64,000 nucleotides of DNA. Origin: Macrostomum lignano (taxonomy: Eukaryota). The translations under genes and the position numbers were made by a program. Numbering within the stretch: the stretch's first letter is position 1; every line of letters begins with the position of its first letter. The notes beneath the pieces are model-generated. The model saw nothing but the letters and a program-made list of their open reading frames with translations, was not told the origin of the DNA and made no database searches. The DNA lies in contig NIVC01003104.1 in NCBI GenBank assembly GCA_002269645.1, forward strand, positions 60,815 to 124,814, given 5' to 3'. Of the stretch, positions 20,641 through 34,403 are shown one piece after another.

Positions 20641-22717
20641 GTAAATAACCTACGCGCTTGTTCCACAGTCGTACCCATTTGTTGCGCTATTAGTATGAGC
20701 TCGTATATACATGTATTAGCTTACATGTATTTAGCGTGTATGTGCATGCCCGTTGCAATCATCGCAGCAATTGTTTCTCAATATTTCCAAATTTTCATTA
20801 CACGGAACGCGACAGTCAGCACAGCTCCAATTTTTCACTTCCGCTTCCAAGCCCAAGTGAATGCAGAGCCATAGTCTGACTCGAGGTGCTGCCTTTGTGC
20901 TCGACCTGATCTACTCAGCGGGGGAGCATGTCGGCTGCTCAGTCCGAGGGGGACCCTCTCTACTCTAAATGAGTAACCGTGTTTTTTAATCACAGTGATT
21001 TTCGCCAATCTGTGACCCCCCGACTTATCTAAAGGAAAGCGCAGTGGCCCCTCTCGTGCACGCGAATTCAGGATTGGCACAGATGTCTGTCTGTCAGCAT
21101 CACCTCTCTCTCTCTCCATCCTTATTGCTCACGCGCCGCGCCACATGGGCTCCGCGTGGATTAGGAAATTTGCCTGCCTCCCGGCTGACTCTTCATAATT
21201 ATAATTGCTCCCCTTTCTGCCCAACCCCCCTCCAGTGTTGCCTCACAATATCCGCTTTATCATTGTCATTATAGTCCACAGTTGTCTATTATTTCTGCTG
21301 CTATTATTAGGCTATACCTGCAAAGCGTGTTTGCTGTGAATGGGCATGGGAAATTATCCATAATAGAAATTTACTTTTGCCTTTTTAAGTTGAAAGTTGG
21401 CGCATGCAAGCCTTTGCCTTTTCTAGAAAGTTCCCGATAATAAGCGGATATGGTGGAATAACTGATCTATAATTTATGCATAAAGTATCAATAGTTTAAT
21501 TTCCATAACCATATACGAACCTCATTCCAGAACCTGCACTAGCATTATTCATTTGGATCATTGGCCTTCGCAACTGTACTAGCTATTGAAAAGCATTTGC
21601 AACACCTGTTTCTGTAGGGATGCGATAAGTTCGATTGGCTCGTATAGTGCAATTTGTCTGCTTCCACTGTTCAGCTGTGCAAATTATATTATCAAATTAT
21701 AGTCGAGGAAAAAGCCGCTTGTTTATTTATCCGCCTCAGGCGGTATCCGAGCCGTCACCGACCAAAACAGACAGGCGGACAGCAGCTGACCTGCTGAGGC
21801 CGCCGGCAGAGGTTCTGCATCAATGATGATGATAGCCGCAAATATTGACGAGCCGATCCGAAACTGACAAATGCACTGGCGCAATGGGCCTGCCCGGCTC
21901 TCCAAAGCTTTCTCTCTCTCTCTCTCTCGTTTAAAAAAGAAAGCAATAATCAGGTTTCTTGCGCAACCAGGAAATACAACATATCTGGCGCATGTGTCCG
22001 GGCACGCTTCGCTTGCGTTGCCACAGCCTCCACTCCCTATTTAAAGCCATCTTAGCCTTGCCAACCAATGCATTTGTGGGGCTTCCTTCAAGCCGGAGGT
22101 GAAAGGATATGAAAGGATAACAAGCAATCTGCCGCGCCAACTGGTCCTGCCTGGGCCGAGTTTATTTTTAAATAAACTGCAACAAAAGTTTGCGATCTGT
22201 CGTCTTTTCGACATCTTAGCTAAAGGGATTTGCTAATGCTTTCAACTGTGCAAATTGCCCGGGTTGCTAGGGCGGGCGAGTGTAAACCACGGCCCGAGTT
22301 CGAACAGGCCGGCCAAGCAGTTGTCACTGGCAGTCAGGTCAGGCCGAAGCCGTCCCCGAGTCACCTGTCGGAGGCGCCATGCGACCTCGGCTGCGAGGCT
22401 GCTGCTGGTGAAATATTTGGCCTGCAGTTGCGGCAGCCGGCGCCCGTCTCCCCCCCCCCCACTGATCTGCTAAATATTTCGCTGGCCGAATCGCTCGCTC
22501 GGACTCGGGCTAATCCGCGATAATAATCCACCATTTTTCACTGCACTGGAGTGCGCTTTCTTTGACCTGCTGACAGTCTCGACTGATGATGACCCAGCAG
22601 TGCTGTGCTGCTTTCGCGTGACTTTCAATTTGTTTAGGAAGCAACTAGATCTGTGGGTCATTATTGACCAGCATCACTGATCACTAAGTGATATTGATGG
22701 GCACAAATATGGGTATT

Positions 22718-23310
22718 CGGTGTGTTTTGGGAGCGTCAAGAGGTGTGTTTTGGGAGTGTCAAGATGTGTGTTTTGGGAGCGTCAAGATGTGTGTTTTGGG
22801 AGTGTCAAGAGGTGTGTTTTGGGAGTGTCAAGAGGTGTGTTTTGGGAGTGTCAAGAGGTGTGTTTTGGGAGTGTCAAGAGGTGTGTTTTGGGAGTGTCAA
22901 GAGGTGTGTTTTGGGAGTGTCAAGAGGTGTGTTTTGGGAGTGTCAAGAGGTGTGTTTTGGGAGTGTCAAGAGGTGTGTTTTGGGAGTGTCAAGATGTGTG
23001 TTTTGGGAGTGCCAAGATGTGTGTTTAGGAGTGCCAAGAGGTGTGTTTTGGGAGTGTCAAGAGGTGTGTTTTGGGAGTGTCAAGAGGTGTGTTTTGGAGT
23101 GCCAAGAGGTGTGTTTTGGGAGTGTCAAGAGGTGTGTTTTGGGAGTGTCAAGAGGTGTGTTTGGGAGTGTCAATGTGTGTTTTGGGAGTGTCAATAGGTG
23201 TGTTTTGGGAGTGCCAAGATGTGTGTTTTGGGAGTGCCAAGATGTGTGTTTAGGAGTGCCAAGAGGTTTGTTTTGGGAGTGTCAAGATGTGTGCTTAGGA
23301 GTGCCAAGAT
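22718..23310 (+). repeat. Minisatellite, 23-bp unit (GTGTGTTTTGGGAGTGTCAAGAG)
   Basis: Direct tandem repeat. Confidence 0.96.
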
Positions 23311-23879
23311 GAGATGGGCGCAAACCACAGGATGGAACTAGGTGTGTATGCATTGGCTATTTTGGCTGGACAATGGAAGAAATTTAAACAGTGATTGTCA
23401 GAGCTGCGCCGGACGCCAGACTCCCCGCAGTCTTTGTTGTCCTATCAACAAAGACTATATCTATAGTTATTTGTCAGCATAAGCTCGTAGAGTCTTGCAA
23501 AATTTATTTAGAGTCAAGTGGAAGATCAACTGCAGTCGCATCAGGCCAAGTCTAATAGACAGAGCATCGAAGTCCAAGGTGTCGCCCGCAGAGTAAACAG
23601 GCATCTCCTGCGGAATGTTTGCCGTTCATCAGTCTATTGTGGCAGCATCGAGAATGCGCTAGCAAACTATAACAAAGACCCCCCATATAGCCTAAAATGC
23701 TGCCTGCGCATTGGGGAGGCACAAGCAGAATCGATCCATCAAATTCCAAGTCCCATAAGTATATTGATTAACATTTTTGTTACAAAATGTATAGTTTATA
23801 CACGATTCTGCAAGCATGCCACACTAAATGTCAACTATTGTTATCGTTCTTAAGATTTTTGCTGTCTCTTTGATTTCCC

Positions 23880-24712
23880 TACAGCCAATATCCCTAGAGC
23901 CAATACAGCCAATATCCCTACAGCCAATACAGCCAATATCCCTATAGCCAATACAGCCAATATCCCTACAGCCAATATCCCTACTGCCAATACAGCCAAT
24001 ATCCCTACAGCCAATATCCCTACTGCCAATACAGCCAATATCCCTACAGCCAATATCCCTACAGCCAATATCCCTACTGCCAATATCCCTACAGCCAATA
24101 TCCCTACAGCCAATATCCCTACAGCCAATATCCCTACAGCCAATATCCCTACAGCCAATATCCCTACAGCCAATATCCCTACAGCCAATATCCCTACAGC
24201 CAATACAGCCAATATCCCTACAGCCAATATCCCTACAGCCAATATCCCTACAGCCAATATCCCTACAGCCAATATCCCTACAGCCAATATCCCTACAGCC
24301 AATACCCCTACAGCCAATATCCATACAGCCAATATCCCTACAGCCAATACAGCCAATATCCCTACAGCCAATATCCCTACAGCCAATATCCCTACAGCCA
24401 ATATCCCTACAGCCAATACAGCCAATATCCCTACAGCCAATATCCCTACAGCCAATATCCCTACTGCCAATATCCCTACAGCCAATATCCCTACAGCCAA
24501 TATCCCTACAGCCAATATCCCTACAGCCAATATCCCTACAGCCAATACAGCCAATATCCCTACAGCCAATATCCCTACAGCCAATATCCCTACAGCCAAT
24601 ACAGCCAATATCCCTACAGCCAATACAGCCAATATCCCTACAGCCAATATCCCTACAGCCAATATCCCTACAGCCAATACAGCCAATATCCCTACAGCCA
24701 ATATCTTTACAG
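23880..24712 (+). repeat. Minisatellite, 15-bp unit (CAGCCAATATCCCTA) with 9-bp CAGCCAATA variants
   Basis: Direct tandem repeat. Confidence 0.96.
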
Positions 24713-25475
24713 CTGGCGAGCTGGAAAGACCCTGAGAGGACCACTTCTGGCTGCTTTTTTGAAGAAATTATAAAACTAAAGGCAGCTTATTTGTCACCTT
24801 TTGCTTAGCCTAATAAGCCTGTCTGTCTGGCTGGGCTGCCCACACAGTCCGGGCAGAAAAAAAACCGAATCATAATAGAAATTTTCACAGCGCATGATTA
24901 AAAAACTTCGGGATTCCCTCGAGTGGAAACTTATTCAATGTTGAGAAGTTTTTGCCAAACAACAAACAAGCCTTCTGTGCCTGTGAGCAAGGGGAACTGC
25001 CTTACCTGTATACAAATAAACAGGCGAATGCACAACAATTAAGAGCATTAAGGGCCCCTGCCGACAGCTTTTTCACTTCTTTTCTTCTTCCATTCTTGCT
25101 TCTTCTTTCGGAGCTGTTTTTCTTCTATGCAGCTTTTCCCTCCCTCGGTTCCCTAATTTCGATCTCCATGTCCCCACTGTTCCCCTGATTAGCGGGGGGT
25201 CCGTCTAAATTAAAACTCATATAGGCTATACATTTCAATAGCTCCCGTTCTGAGCTCAGTTGGGCCGTGAATAATGGGAGCCAATGCTTCTCCGCATTGT
25301 GTTAGGAGAGTTATTTCGGCCCTGTAGCTGTGTGCAGGCAGCCTGTCTGTCTGTAATGTTCCAAATTCTACGAAATTAAATTTGCCTCAACTTAATTTCA
25401 TTTGTGGCTGTAAGAGTCAAATGCGTTCAAGGTTGCTAAGCAGGTGTTTGTACTTTGTAATTCTCAATACATGGC

Positions 25476-25902
25476 GCCCCTGACTCCAGCATTGGCGCAC
25501 CCCCTGACTCCAGCATTGGCGCACCCCCTGACCCCAGCATCGGCGCCCCCTGACCCCAGCATCAGCGCCCCCTGACCCCAGCATTGGCGCCCCTGACTCC
25601 AGCATTGGCGCCCCCCTGACTCCAGCATAGGCGCCCCCTGACTCCAGCATCGGCGCCCCTGACTCCAGCATTGGCGCCCCTGACCCCAGCATTGGCGCAC
25701 CCCCTGACTCCAGCATCGGCACCCCCTGACTCCAGCATAGGCGCCCCTGACTCCAGCATTGGCGCCCCCTGACTCCAGCATTGGCGCCCCTGACTCCAGC
25801 ATTGTCGCCCCTGACTCCAGCATTGGCGCCCCTGAATCCAGCATTGGCGCCCCTGACCCGAGCATTGGCGCCCCCGACTCCAGCATTGGCGCCCCTGACC
25901 CC
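25476..25902 (+). repeat. Minisatellite, ~21-23-bp unit (GGCGCCCCTGACTCCAGCATT)
   Basis: Direct tandem repeat. Confidence 0.94.
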
Positions 25903-26411
25903 AATAAAGGAGTCCAAAGCAGTCCGGCAACCGAAAGCCGCACGGCAAGACACCGCAATGCGGAAGGAAGTGACGGAAGGCAGACAAAAGTCGATTCGGG
26001 CGCTGCGATTCAGCAGGAGGGCCGGCCCGGCCTCCCACTGTTTAAGGGGGTCACCGAAACTCTGTGGAGCTGGCTGCGACTGGACCACATGGCAATCAAT
26101 GTGTATTATTTTCCCATGGGATCTTTGCATCGCATCGCATGGTCAGTCAGTCAGTCAGTCCAAAATACGCAGCTTCAACTAATGTCCCGCTGATTTCCAA
26201 TATTGACAATGATCTCTCATTATGCTATGCCCTCCTTGCCTAGTGGTCCTCATTAGGCCAGGTACACGCGTATATGTTGGCCTTGTTCCATGCTTTGGCG
26301 GCCTGCTCCGCTTCAACCGATGCCTATCATAATGGCGGGGTACTTCATCTGTCTCCACAACTCGCAGTCCGCAAAAATCACTCTCAGGTTTGACGTTTGG
26401 AATTTAGGGAA

Positions 26412-26782
26412 CTGTGAAGCTTAGATATTGTGAAGTTTGGATATTGTGAAATTTGGGGATTGTGAAGTTCGGGGATTGTAACGGTTGGGAACTGTGCAGT
26501 TTGGGGTTTGTGAAGTTTGGGGAATGTGAAGTTTGGGGATTGTGACGGTTGGGGATTGTGAAGTTTGGGGATTGTGACGGTTGGGGATTGTGACGTTTGG
26601 GGGTTGTGAAGGTTGGGGATTGTGAAGGTTGGGGATTGTGAAGGTTGGGGATTGTGAAGGTTGGGGATTGTGAAGGTTGGGGATTGTGAAGGTTGGGGAT
26701 TGTGAAGGTTGGGGATTGTGAAGTTTGGGGAATGTGAAGTTTGGGGAATGTGAAGTTTGGGGATTGTGAAGGTTGGGGATTG
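26412..26782 (-). repeat. Minisatellite, 16-bp unit (GTGAAGTTTGGGGATT on +; same family as 52277-52937, opposite orientation)
   Basis: The reverse complement AATCCCCAAACTTCAC is the unit of the 52.3 kb array. Confidence 0.95.
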
Positions 26783-27847
26783 GAAAACACAGGTGACAGG
26801 ACCTCCTCAGCTTCCTCAATACGTAATGTATGCCACTGAACAGAAGTAGTGCAGTATACATAGGCTGCCAAGGTGTGAATTAGCTTTTCAACGACATGAC
26901 AGCCAACGAGTTAGCTGAAGAAACAGTTATATTTATTGTTAACATTGATATCGAGGTTATAATTAATTTACAGATGCAACAAGAATCTGCAGTTCATAAA
27001 GTGCTCGGGTAAAACATGCAAATTTCAAGCGGAGGGAACCAGTTATTTGGACTGACAACACGGACATAACGGGGGCGACAATTTTGAAGGAAAGTCTTGA
27101 CAGGAAATTCGACCCTGTAAAAACACGGCTGATGACAGGACCAGCCAGCGGATGGTTTCACAGCAGCCACTTTTAAACAACAGCAACAACAAAAATTTGC
27201 GAATCTTTTTCAGTCTTCGCAATTGCCGTTGCAGCAGGTGAAAATTGCAAATGTTTTTCTTTGTTTAAGCCACACTCTGTGCAGTTGCCATGCCGAAGAT
27301 GTTCGAGTTTCGGAAATTTAGACTATATATGTGGTCATAGGCAGCATATTCTTTGGGATCAATGTGGGACACAACTAGGCTGGCTGTGTTCCCTCTGCGC
27401 ACTTCAGGTGAGCCAACATAGGAGAGGAGAATTCTCCCCTCCTGCGCCGCTAAAAGCTGTTAGGGTTAACTTAACCTATAAGGAAAAGTTGCTAAAAGAC
27501 AGAATAAATTAAAACAAAAAATCTTCTTTATGAACCTGAAGGCCTTTATAACTGCGCGGGGCCAACACGAGATCAGGCGAGTGGAACACAATGAATACGA
27601 CTAGAAATCTGGAGGCTACAGTCTTAGACACAGAAAATTGAAAATTAATATGCAGATTATATTATTCAAACAGTGCGGGACCAAGAGACTGAACGCCATC
27701 TGCTTCGAGGGCACTTAAAGACGCGCGAATAAGCAAAACTTATGGAAAATGTTTGCTGTTTAGAAGTTTAAAACAGTTCACTTTGTGTGCACAATTGTTC
27801 CGCTCTGCATTTCGCAGCCGCGCTGGAAACAGGGGAGGCTGGAAGCC

Positions 27848-29236
27848 TCATCTCTGGCTGGGCAGCTGCGGCAACATGCACGGTGGGTACAGCGGAACCC
27901 GGAGGAACGGCGCCCAGCCTCCGGCCTGTGCCGCTGCTGCCGCCGCCGCAGCCGCAGCCACTGCCGCCGAATTCGACGATGTCGCAGCTGTTGGAACGCC
28001 GCTCGACGAGGTCGACGACGGCGAGGGCTGCTGCTGCGGCGACTGCGACTGAGCAGCTGCAGCGGCTCGGCGGCAGGCCAAGTCCAGCGGGCTGCCGTGG
28101 TGCAGCGGGTGCCCGCCAGGCCCGTGGAGCATCGACGATGCTGGCGGAGGCGGCGGAGGCGGCGGCGGCCCGTGGTGAGGCTGGTGGTAGGCACCAGGCG
28201 GCAGATAGCCGGCAGCGGCAGCAGCGGCAGCGGCAGCGGCAAAGCCGAGCGGATGCGGCGGCGGGTACGGCAGGCGCGGCAGCCCCGGCCATTCCGGGTG
28301 GCCGCCGACGCCGCCGACAACTCCGCCAGGACCGACGCCCATTCCGCCGCCGCCTCCGCCGGTTCCACCGCCGCCGCCGCCGCCTCCGCCAGGCGGAAGG
28401 AGGCCGCAGCGCAGGCCGAAAAGGCGCGACCGCTGCAGCGAAGTGGTCCGCCGGCGCAGCTTGCCGGTGGTGCCGCCGATGTACACATCGTCGCAGGACG
28501 GGTCCAGCATCCAGTAGTTGCCCTTGCCCGGGTCGTCGTAGCTCCTCGGCACCTTGACGAAGCACTTGTTGAGGGACAGGTTGTGCCGGATGGAGTTCTG
28601 CCAGCCCTGCTTGTTCTCCCTGTAGTAGGGGAAGTTTCTCACGATGAACTCGTAGATGCCGTTGAGGGTGAGCTTCTTCTCTGCGCTGCTCCGGATGGCC
28701 ATCATGATGAGCGCATTGTAGCTGAAGGGCGGCTTCTCGTGGCCGCGCGGCCCGTCTTTGCCGGCCTCGCCGTCCGACGATTTTCCAACGCCGGCGGTGG
28801 ACTCGTCCGGCTTCTCCGAGCCGCCGACGTCTTTGAGCAGCCGCTCCTCGTCGGTGGCCTCGGCGGCCTCCTCTTCTTCCTCTTCGTCTTCTGCGGCGGC
28901 TTCTTCAGTCGCTGTGTTGTCGCCGGATTCCTCAGCGGTTCGTCGGCATGGCAGCTTCGAAGCGGCGACCAAATCGTCGTCGTCGTCGTCTTGCGGCGCC
29001 CGGCGCCGGAGATGGCGCTGGCGACGCCGAGTGTTGCGCCTCTTGACTGCCGACTCAGCCCGCGCTGGCGCCGGAAGCTGCGGTGGCGTCGGCAAGGGCG
29101 GCAGGCCGCCGTCGCTGTCACTGCAGCCGCCGTCGTCGCCACTGCTGGCGCCGCTGTCAACGCCGAGCATGTTGCGGATGGAGAAGCTGCTGACAAAGCG
29201 GCTCAGCTGCTGCTGCTGCGGGCTGCGCATCGCCAT
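27848..29236 (-). CDS. FOXG1: Forkhead box G (FoxG/BF-1/sloppy-paired) transcription factor, single exon, 462 aa
   Basis: N-terminal EH1 motif FSIRNML (29165-29185). Forkhead domain [75 protein letters not shown] followed by the FoxG-diagnostic [15 protein letters not shown] (~28450-28740). Poly-G/A/P tracts. Confidence 0.97.
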   Translation of the reverse strand: MAMRSPQQQQLSRFVSSFSIRNMLGVDSGASSGDDGGCSDSDGGLPPLPTPPQLPAPARAESAVKRRNTRRRQRHLRRRAPQDDDDDDLVAASKLPCRRTAEESGDNTATEEAAAEDEEEEEEAAEATDEERLLKDVGGSEKPDESTAGVGKSSDGEAGKDGPRGHEKPPFSYNALIMMAIRSSAEKKLTLNGIYEFIVRNFPYYRENKQGWQNSIRHNLSLNKCFVKVPRSYDDPGKGNYWMLDPSCDDVYIGGTTGKLRRRTTSLQRSRLFGLRCGLLPPGGGGGGGGGTGGGGGGMGVGPGGVVGGVGGHPEWPGLPRLPYPPPHPLGFAAAAAAAAAAGYLPPGAYHQPHHGPPPPPPPPPASSMLHGPGGHPLHHGSPLDLACRRAAAAAQSQSPQQQPSPSSTSSSGVPTAATSSNSAAVAAAAAAAAAAQAGGWAPFLRVPLYPPCMLPQLPSQR

Positions 29237-29339
29237 AGTTCTGTGACTGGGATCGGGGAAGATTGCGCTTACCTCCTATGGGAAGAAGGAATTTTCCAGG
29301 TGAATCGGAGTGAAGTGTCACCTGGGCTGGGAATTTGGG

Positions 29340-29430
29340 CGCCTTTTTAGTCTGAAATGCCCGCCCCCTGCGCCGCCCCACCCCGCCCACCTTTAGCTGG
29401 CGAGGGCCAATCGGAGAGGCGCGCCAATGA
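29340..29430 (-). promoter_or_regulatory. Probable FoxG core promoter
   Basis: TATA-like CTAAAAAG on - (29343-29350), GC boxes (29360-29367, 29381-29388) and two CCAAT motifs (29407, 29424), ~110-190 bp upstream of the ATG. Confidence 0.45.
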
Positions 29431-31312
29431 GGCTGGGCGGCTTCATCAGGGCCAGTTGGGTGATGGTGGAGCCAGAGGCTGTGGGAGGGGGTTGGGCAGG
29501 CCGCGCCAGTCCCGAGTGCAGGAGAAATCAATGAAAAAAAGATTCTTGAGAGCAGATAAACAGCAATTTTGTTGGCGGTGAGTCAACTCTTGTTGTTGGA
29601 TCAAGCATTGCTACTTGTTAGCCGAGAAGCTCACTGCTTCACTCGTTTCTGAACTTTTCTCTTTGAAATCTCTTAGACGAAAAACATTTACCGTTGCCTA
29701 CTTTCCCAATGCTTCTTAATTCATTGATCAATTTGACTCTTTAGTGACCAGTGAGCTATTAAAAAGCTTTCACAATTCCATTTTTTAAAACCAACCCAAC
29801 CGTCTGACCTCCAGGATCTCTAAGACTAAAAAGAAAAATGATAAGAAATTGAAATCCACATGTTTAATACGCTGTCATTCTTTTTTTACTAAGCTGATAA
29901 ACCAGGAGTCGGAAAACTCCGGCCTTCGAAGCCTCTCTACCCGGTCCTCGGGTCCTTTGAAACATCAACATAGCAATCCGGCCCGTTCGGGGTCTGTGCC
30001 TCTTCTCGGTTCTCTCCTCTCTCCCCTCCTCTCCCCTCTCATCTCTTCGGGGCGCTTTCATATCTCCAAAATTTCATATCTTCGACACATCATTCTCAGC
30101 TCTCTACTCTCCTCTTTGCCGCGAGCATCCGACAACCTTAGCAATAGAAATCAGAGGCTGTTAACCTGATATGAACTTTCGGAGATTTGAAACCCTCTAT
30201 CTCCTATCTCTCCTTTCCTTCCGCATCTTAGCTCTCTCCCTTCTCCTCTCTTCTCTAATCTATCATCACCTCTCTCCTTCGTCTCTCTCCTCCATTCCCT
30301 CTCCTCTCTCATCTGGCCCGCAGCCATGAGCTGGATTCTTCATCAGGCCTTGGGGTAAAAAATTTACCCAACCCCCGTGATAAACTATACATATTGGTAT
30401 TTATACTATAAACGTCCTAAGGGATACAAAATCCATTTTATTACTTCGATATTCTTTAGATTCCGGTATAAATCACAATTTTTAGAATTTTCTGTCTCAA
30501 ATCAATCAGAACATTCGAATTCGCGGACCAAATTATCCAATTAAAAATATGTACAGTTTTTTTAGCGAAAAGAATCCCTTCCATCCTCTTGAGTCGGGCG
30601 ACTCAAAAAAGGGGGAAGTGAGAACGCAGATGAGCTCCCAGGGAATTTGCCACCTCATATGGGTGCCAACACCACAGCTGCCTGGCCTCACAGTCCATTA
30701 GACAAAACAAAATACATTGGGGAGCTGTTAATGCGAAAATGATATATAAATGCCCGAGCTCGGGTTGCTGGTGTCTCCATCGCCCCCGCAGGCATGGGGA
30801 GGAGAACTGCTCAGCAACCAGAATTACGGCATTGCCAGTTATATAGGCACGTTCTGCCGCTATTTATAAACCTCTGTCCGTATATGCAAGCAGCCCATGA
30901 GAGGGGGTGTTGATTTCATCTGCGGCAAATGTCAAACGCATCACAGTGTAAGCCGGGTTTACATAGCTTTAGTACAGAAGCGAGAGTATTATTATGCTAT
31001 TGTCAAGTTCTCGAGTGTGCAATTAACACTTCTGGCTAAACATTCGATCTGTCTGTGTAGCCACTGAACTCCGCTTTATTATATCGAGCCCTCATTAGAG
31101 ATCGCTAAATTATTACTTTAGTTGGAAATTTAGCATTTCCAGTATCGACGAATGACTCAACAATCAATAACAGTTCTAGCTCGAATAGGGCCTTGGCAAC
31201 AATGGTGGCGCTTACAGATTGCTAACAAATATTTCTGCTATCACCTCTATCGAAACACGAGACACTCTGTTTCACATGAATATGACGGCGAATGATGTAC
31301 TGCAATTATATC

Positions 31313-32433
31313 AGCTACACCCAGAATGGCGCCCCATAGCTCAGCTACAGTACACCCAGAATGGCGCCCCATAGCTCAGCTACAGTACACCCAGAGTGGC
31401 GCCCCATAGCTCAGCTACAGTACACCCAGAATGGGGCCCATAGCTCAGCTACAGTACACCCAGAGTGGCGCCCCATAGCTCAGCTACAGTACACCCAGAG
31501 TGGCGCCCCATAGCTCAGCTACAGTACACCCAGAATGGCACCCCTAGCTCAGCTACAGTACACCCAGAATGGGGCCCATAGCTCAGCTACAGTACACCCA
31601 GAATGGGGCCCATAGCTCAGCTATACAGTACACCCAGAATGGGGCCCATAGCTCAGCTACAGTACACCCAGAATGGCGCCCCATAGCTCAGCTACAGTGC
31701 ACCCAGAATGGCGCCCCATAGCTCAGCTACAGTACACCCAGAGTGGCGCCCCATAGCTCAGCTACAGTACACCCAGAATGGCGCCCCATAGCTCAGCTAC
31801 AGTACACCCAGAGTGGCGCCCCATAGCTCAGCTACAGTACACCCAGAATGGCGCCCCATAGCTCAGCTACAGTACACCCAGAGTGGCGCCCCATAGCTCA
31901 GCTACAGTACACCCAGAATGGGGCCCATAGCTCAGCTATACAATACACCCAGAATGGGGCCCATAGCTCAGCTACAGTACACCCAGAATGGGGCCCATAG
32001 CTCAGCTACAGTACACCCAGAATGGGGCCCATAGCTCAGCTACAGTACACCCAGAGTGGCGCCCCATATCATAGCTCAGCTACAGTACACCCAGAGTGGC
32101 GCCCCATAGCTCAGCTACAGTACACCCAGAGTGGCGCCCCATAGCTCAGCTACAGTACACCCAGAATGGCGCCCCATAGCTCAGCTACAGTACACCCAGA
32201 GTGGCGCCCCATAGCTCAGCTACAGTACACCCAGAGTGGCGCCCCATAGCTCAGCTACAGTACACCCAGAATGGCGCCCCATAGCTCAGCTACAGTACAC
32301 CCAGAGTGGCACCCCATAGCTCAGCTACAGTACACCCAGAGTGGCACCCCATAGCTCAGCTACAGTACACCCAGAGTGGCGCCCCATAGCTCAGCTACAG
32401 TGCACTCAAAATGGCGCCCCTTAGCTCAGCTAC
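31313..32433 (+). repeat. Minisatellite, 35-bp unit (AGAATGGCGCCCCATAGCTCAGCTACAGTACACCC), ~32 copies
   Basis: Direct tandem repeat. Confidence 0.97.
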
Positions 32434-34203
32434 ATGGCATCACAGACGGGAACCGCAGAATTTTAAAGCTGACAGCAACCTTAAATAATATGTAATAAAA
32501 GATGAGGCACAAATTGATAAATTCGCGCCATTGTTAGACACTTGCAGCCCCCGACACTGCACAAATGTTTGCCCCGATCAAACAACCGCGCGCCCTCCAG
32601 CTGCTTTGTTGGCAAAGGGCCGAGCCGAGGGGTGAACAATGAATGAAAGAAAATAATCGCCCAGGAATTTAGGCGAAAGATAAAAAGGGCGAAGGAAAAA
32701 GCAGAGCCAGTCGATACAAAAAAGGGCGCAACAGACTGATAGACACTCCAAATTGGACGCCAATTAATTTCCCGCCGCATCCAAATTCCAATTAACAAAA
32801 AAGCATGCAGGCCAAGTGTTGCTAATCCTCTCTAAGCAGGACCATTGTGCCTCTCCGCGGTATATGGTGTCAGGGATGTTTAGATTCTCCTCTGCGGCAC
32901 CTCCTAGCCAAATATTGTCTAAAGAGCGAAGGTATGAAAAGAAAGGAGAGCTAATCGAATTAAACAGGATTACTCAAGACTGTGTCTACCGATATGTTGC
33001 GTATAAGCCAAAAATCTATGACCTGTAGTTTCCTAACTATTAACAAAAATGTTTTATAAATATCTAAAAGTCGCATTAATAATTTAACTTCTACTTCAGA
33101 AAATAACACAGGATAAAACACTTTCAGGATCTATATTATCCAATTTTTAAAAGAGAGACAGCTAAAAAGGTTGTATTAAGACAGGATATCCCCGGTGGAT
33201 TGCGCTGCACGGACCACAGAGCAGACAAATGGAGGCACCAGTTGGAAGACAAATTGCAGGTTCGCGGTCAAATGCTATCAAGCCGGAACCTTATTCAGCT
33301 TGACGCAGGATGACAGCCAATATTTTCCTTAGACAGCGATACAGATCAGTGTGGGCTAGAAGTTGTCAAAAATCTGGAGCGCGAGGTGCGAGTGAAAGCG
33401 GCCCCGGTTACCCCCGATGTTTACACAGGAAAAGAAAATGGCGGAGCTGAGACGGCCAGAAGCCTTCGGGTGCGCGAAGCATTCAAAACGGGATAATCCG
33501 CTCGCTCCCAAGAGGCCTGTTATTTTTAACTCCCAATATAGTTGTATAGCCTGGGATTTCTTCCCAATCGCTCCGCGTATAGAGAGGCAGGTTTGTTTTA
33601 CAAATTGGTGTAAACTCGGCAATGCAACGCTTCAAACTACTTGCCCGACAGCCAGCTCGCTCGGCTCCGCATGGATACAAGGCCTCCCGGGACTGCGGCT
33701 CGTTTCCCTGCAAGCCCTCCCCCACCTGCTGATCCCGCAGACTGTAAGCTGATAAGTATCAGGCCATGGGAGCGAAAACACGGGCTCTGCGCAGACTCTT
33801 TAAGCTGGGCAGGGCGGTCCGCCTGCAACAACACGCCAGCTGAGTGACGCCCATCAATAACAGCCTAAGCCTGATGTTAGCTGGCGCGTATTAATGCCGC
33901 CCGCTCCTGCCGAGCCGCAATGCCGTCATTATAAAGCCTATGGATGCAGTGCAAATTGAGCGTTGGAGAGTCACTTACCGGGGTGTAAGGACCCCTGAAA
34001 CTACGCCTATGGACTGGGGCCAGATTTTTAAGCTTCAAAATTTTAATCTATCACGCCGCGCTACATTGTAAAGTTTGGCCATAATGTTTGGAAGTGAAGC
34101 TTCGAAGTGAAGTAAAAATTAATGTGTTCTAATATTAATAATTCTACATTGCAACAGGGGCAGGCAAGATTTTAGTGCTAGTTTGTCACTGCGGATTTGA
34201 GCC

Positions 34204-34403
34204 CAGGCGCCGCGGAACAGGGGGGGCAGGGGGGGCAGCTGCCCCCCCTGACATTGAGTTGGGGGGGCATTGCCCCCCTCAAATATCTTTCAACAGCATA
34301 ATTTTGCTCAAATTTTTGGTCATTGTCCAAGACAGGGTCTGGGCTTGAGTTTCGGAAACTTGGTCCTGCCCCCCCCTGGCAAAAACTCGTTCCGCGGCGC
34401 CTG
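34204..34403. mobile_element. Non-autonomous hAT-like MITE, 200 bp
   Basis: Perfect 15-bp TIR CAGGCGCCGCGGAAC / GTTCCGCGGCGCCTG and perfect 8-bp TSD TTTGAGCC (34196-34203, 34404-34411). An 8-bp TSD with CAG termini is typical of hAT. Confidence 0.9.

Noticed and set aside
27768-29350. Overlapping alternative ORFs around FoxG
   Set aside because: By-products of GC-rich coding sequence; the forkhead frame explains the region.
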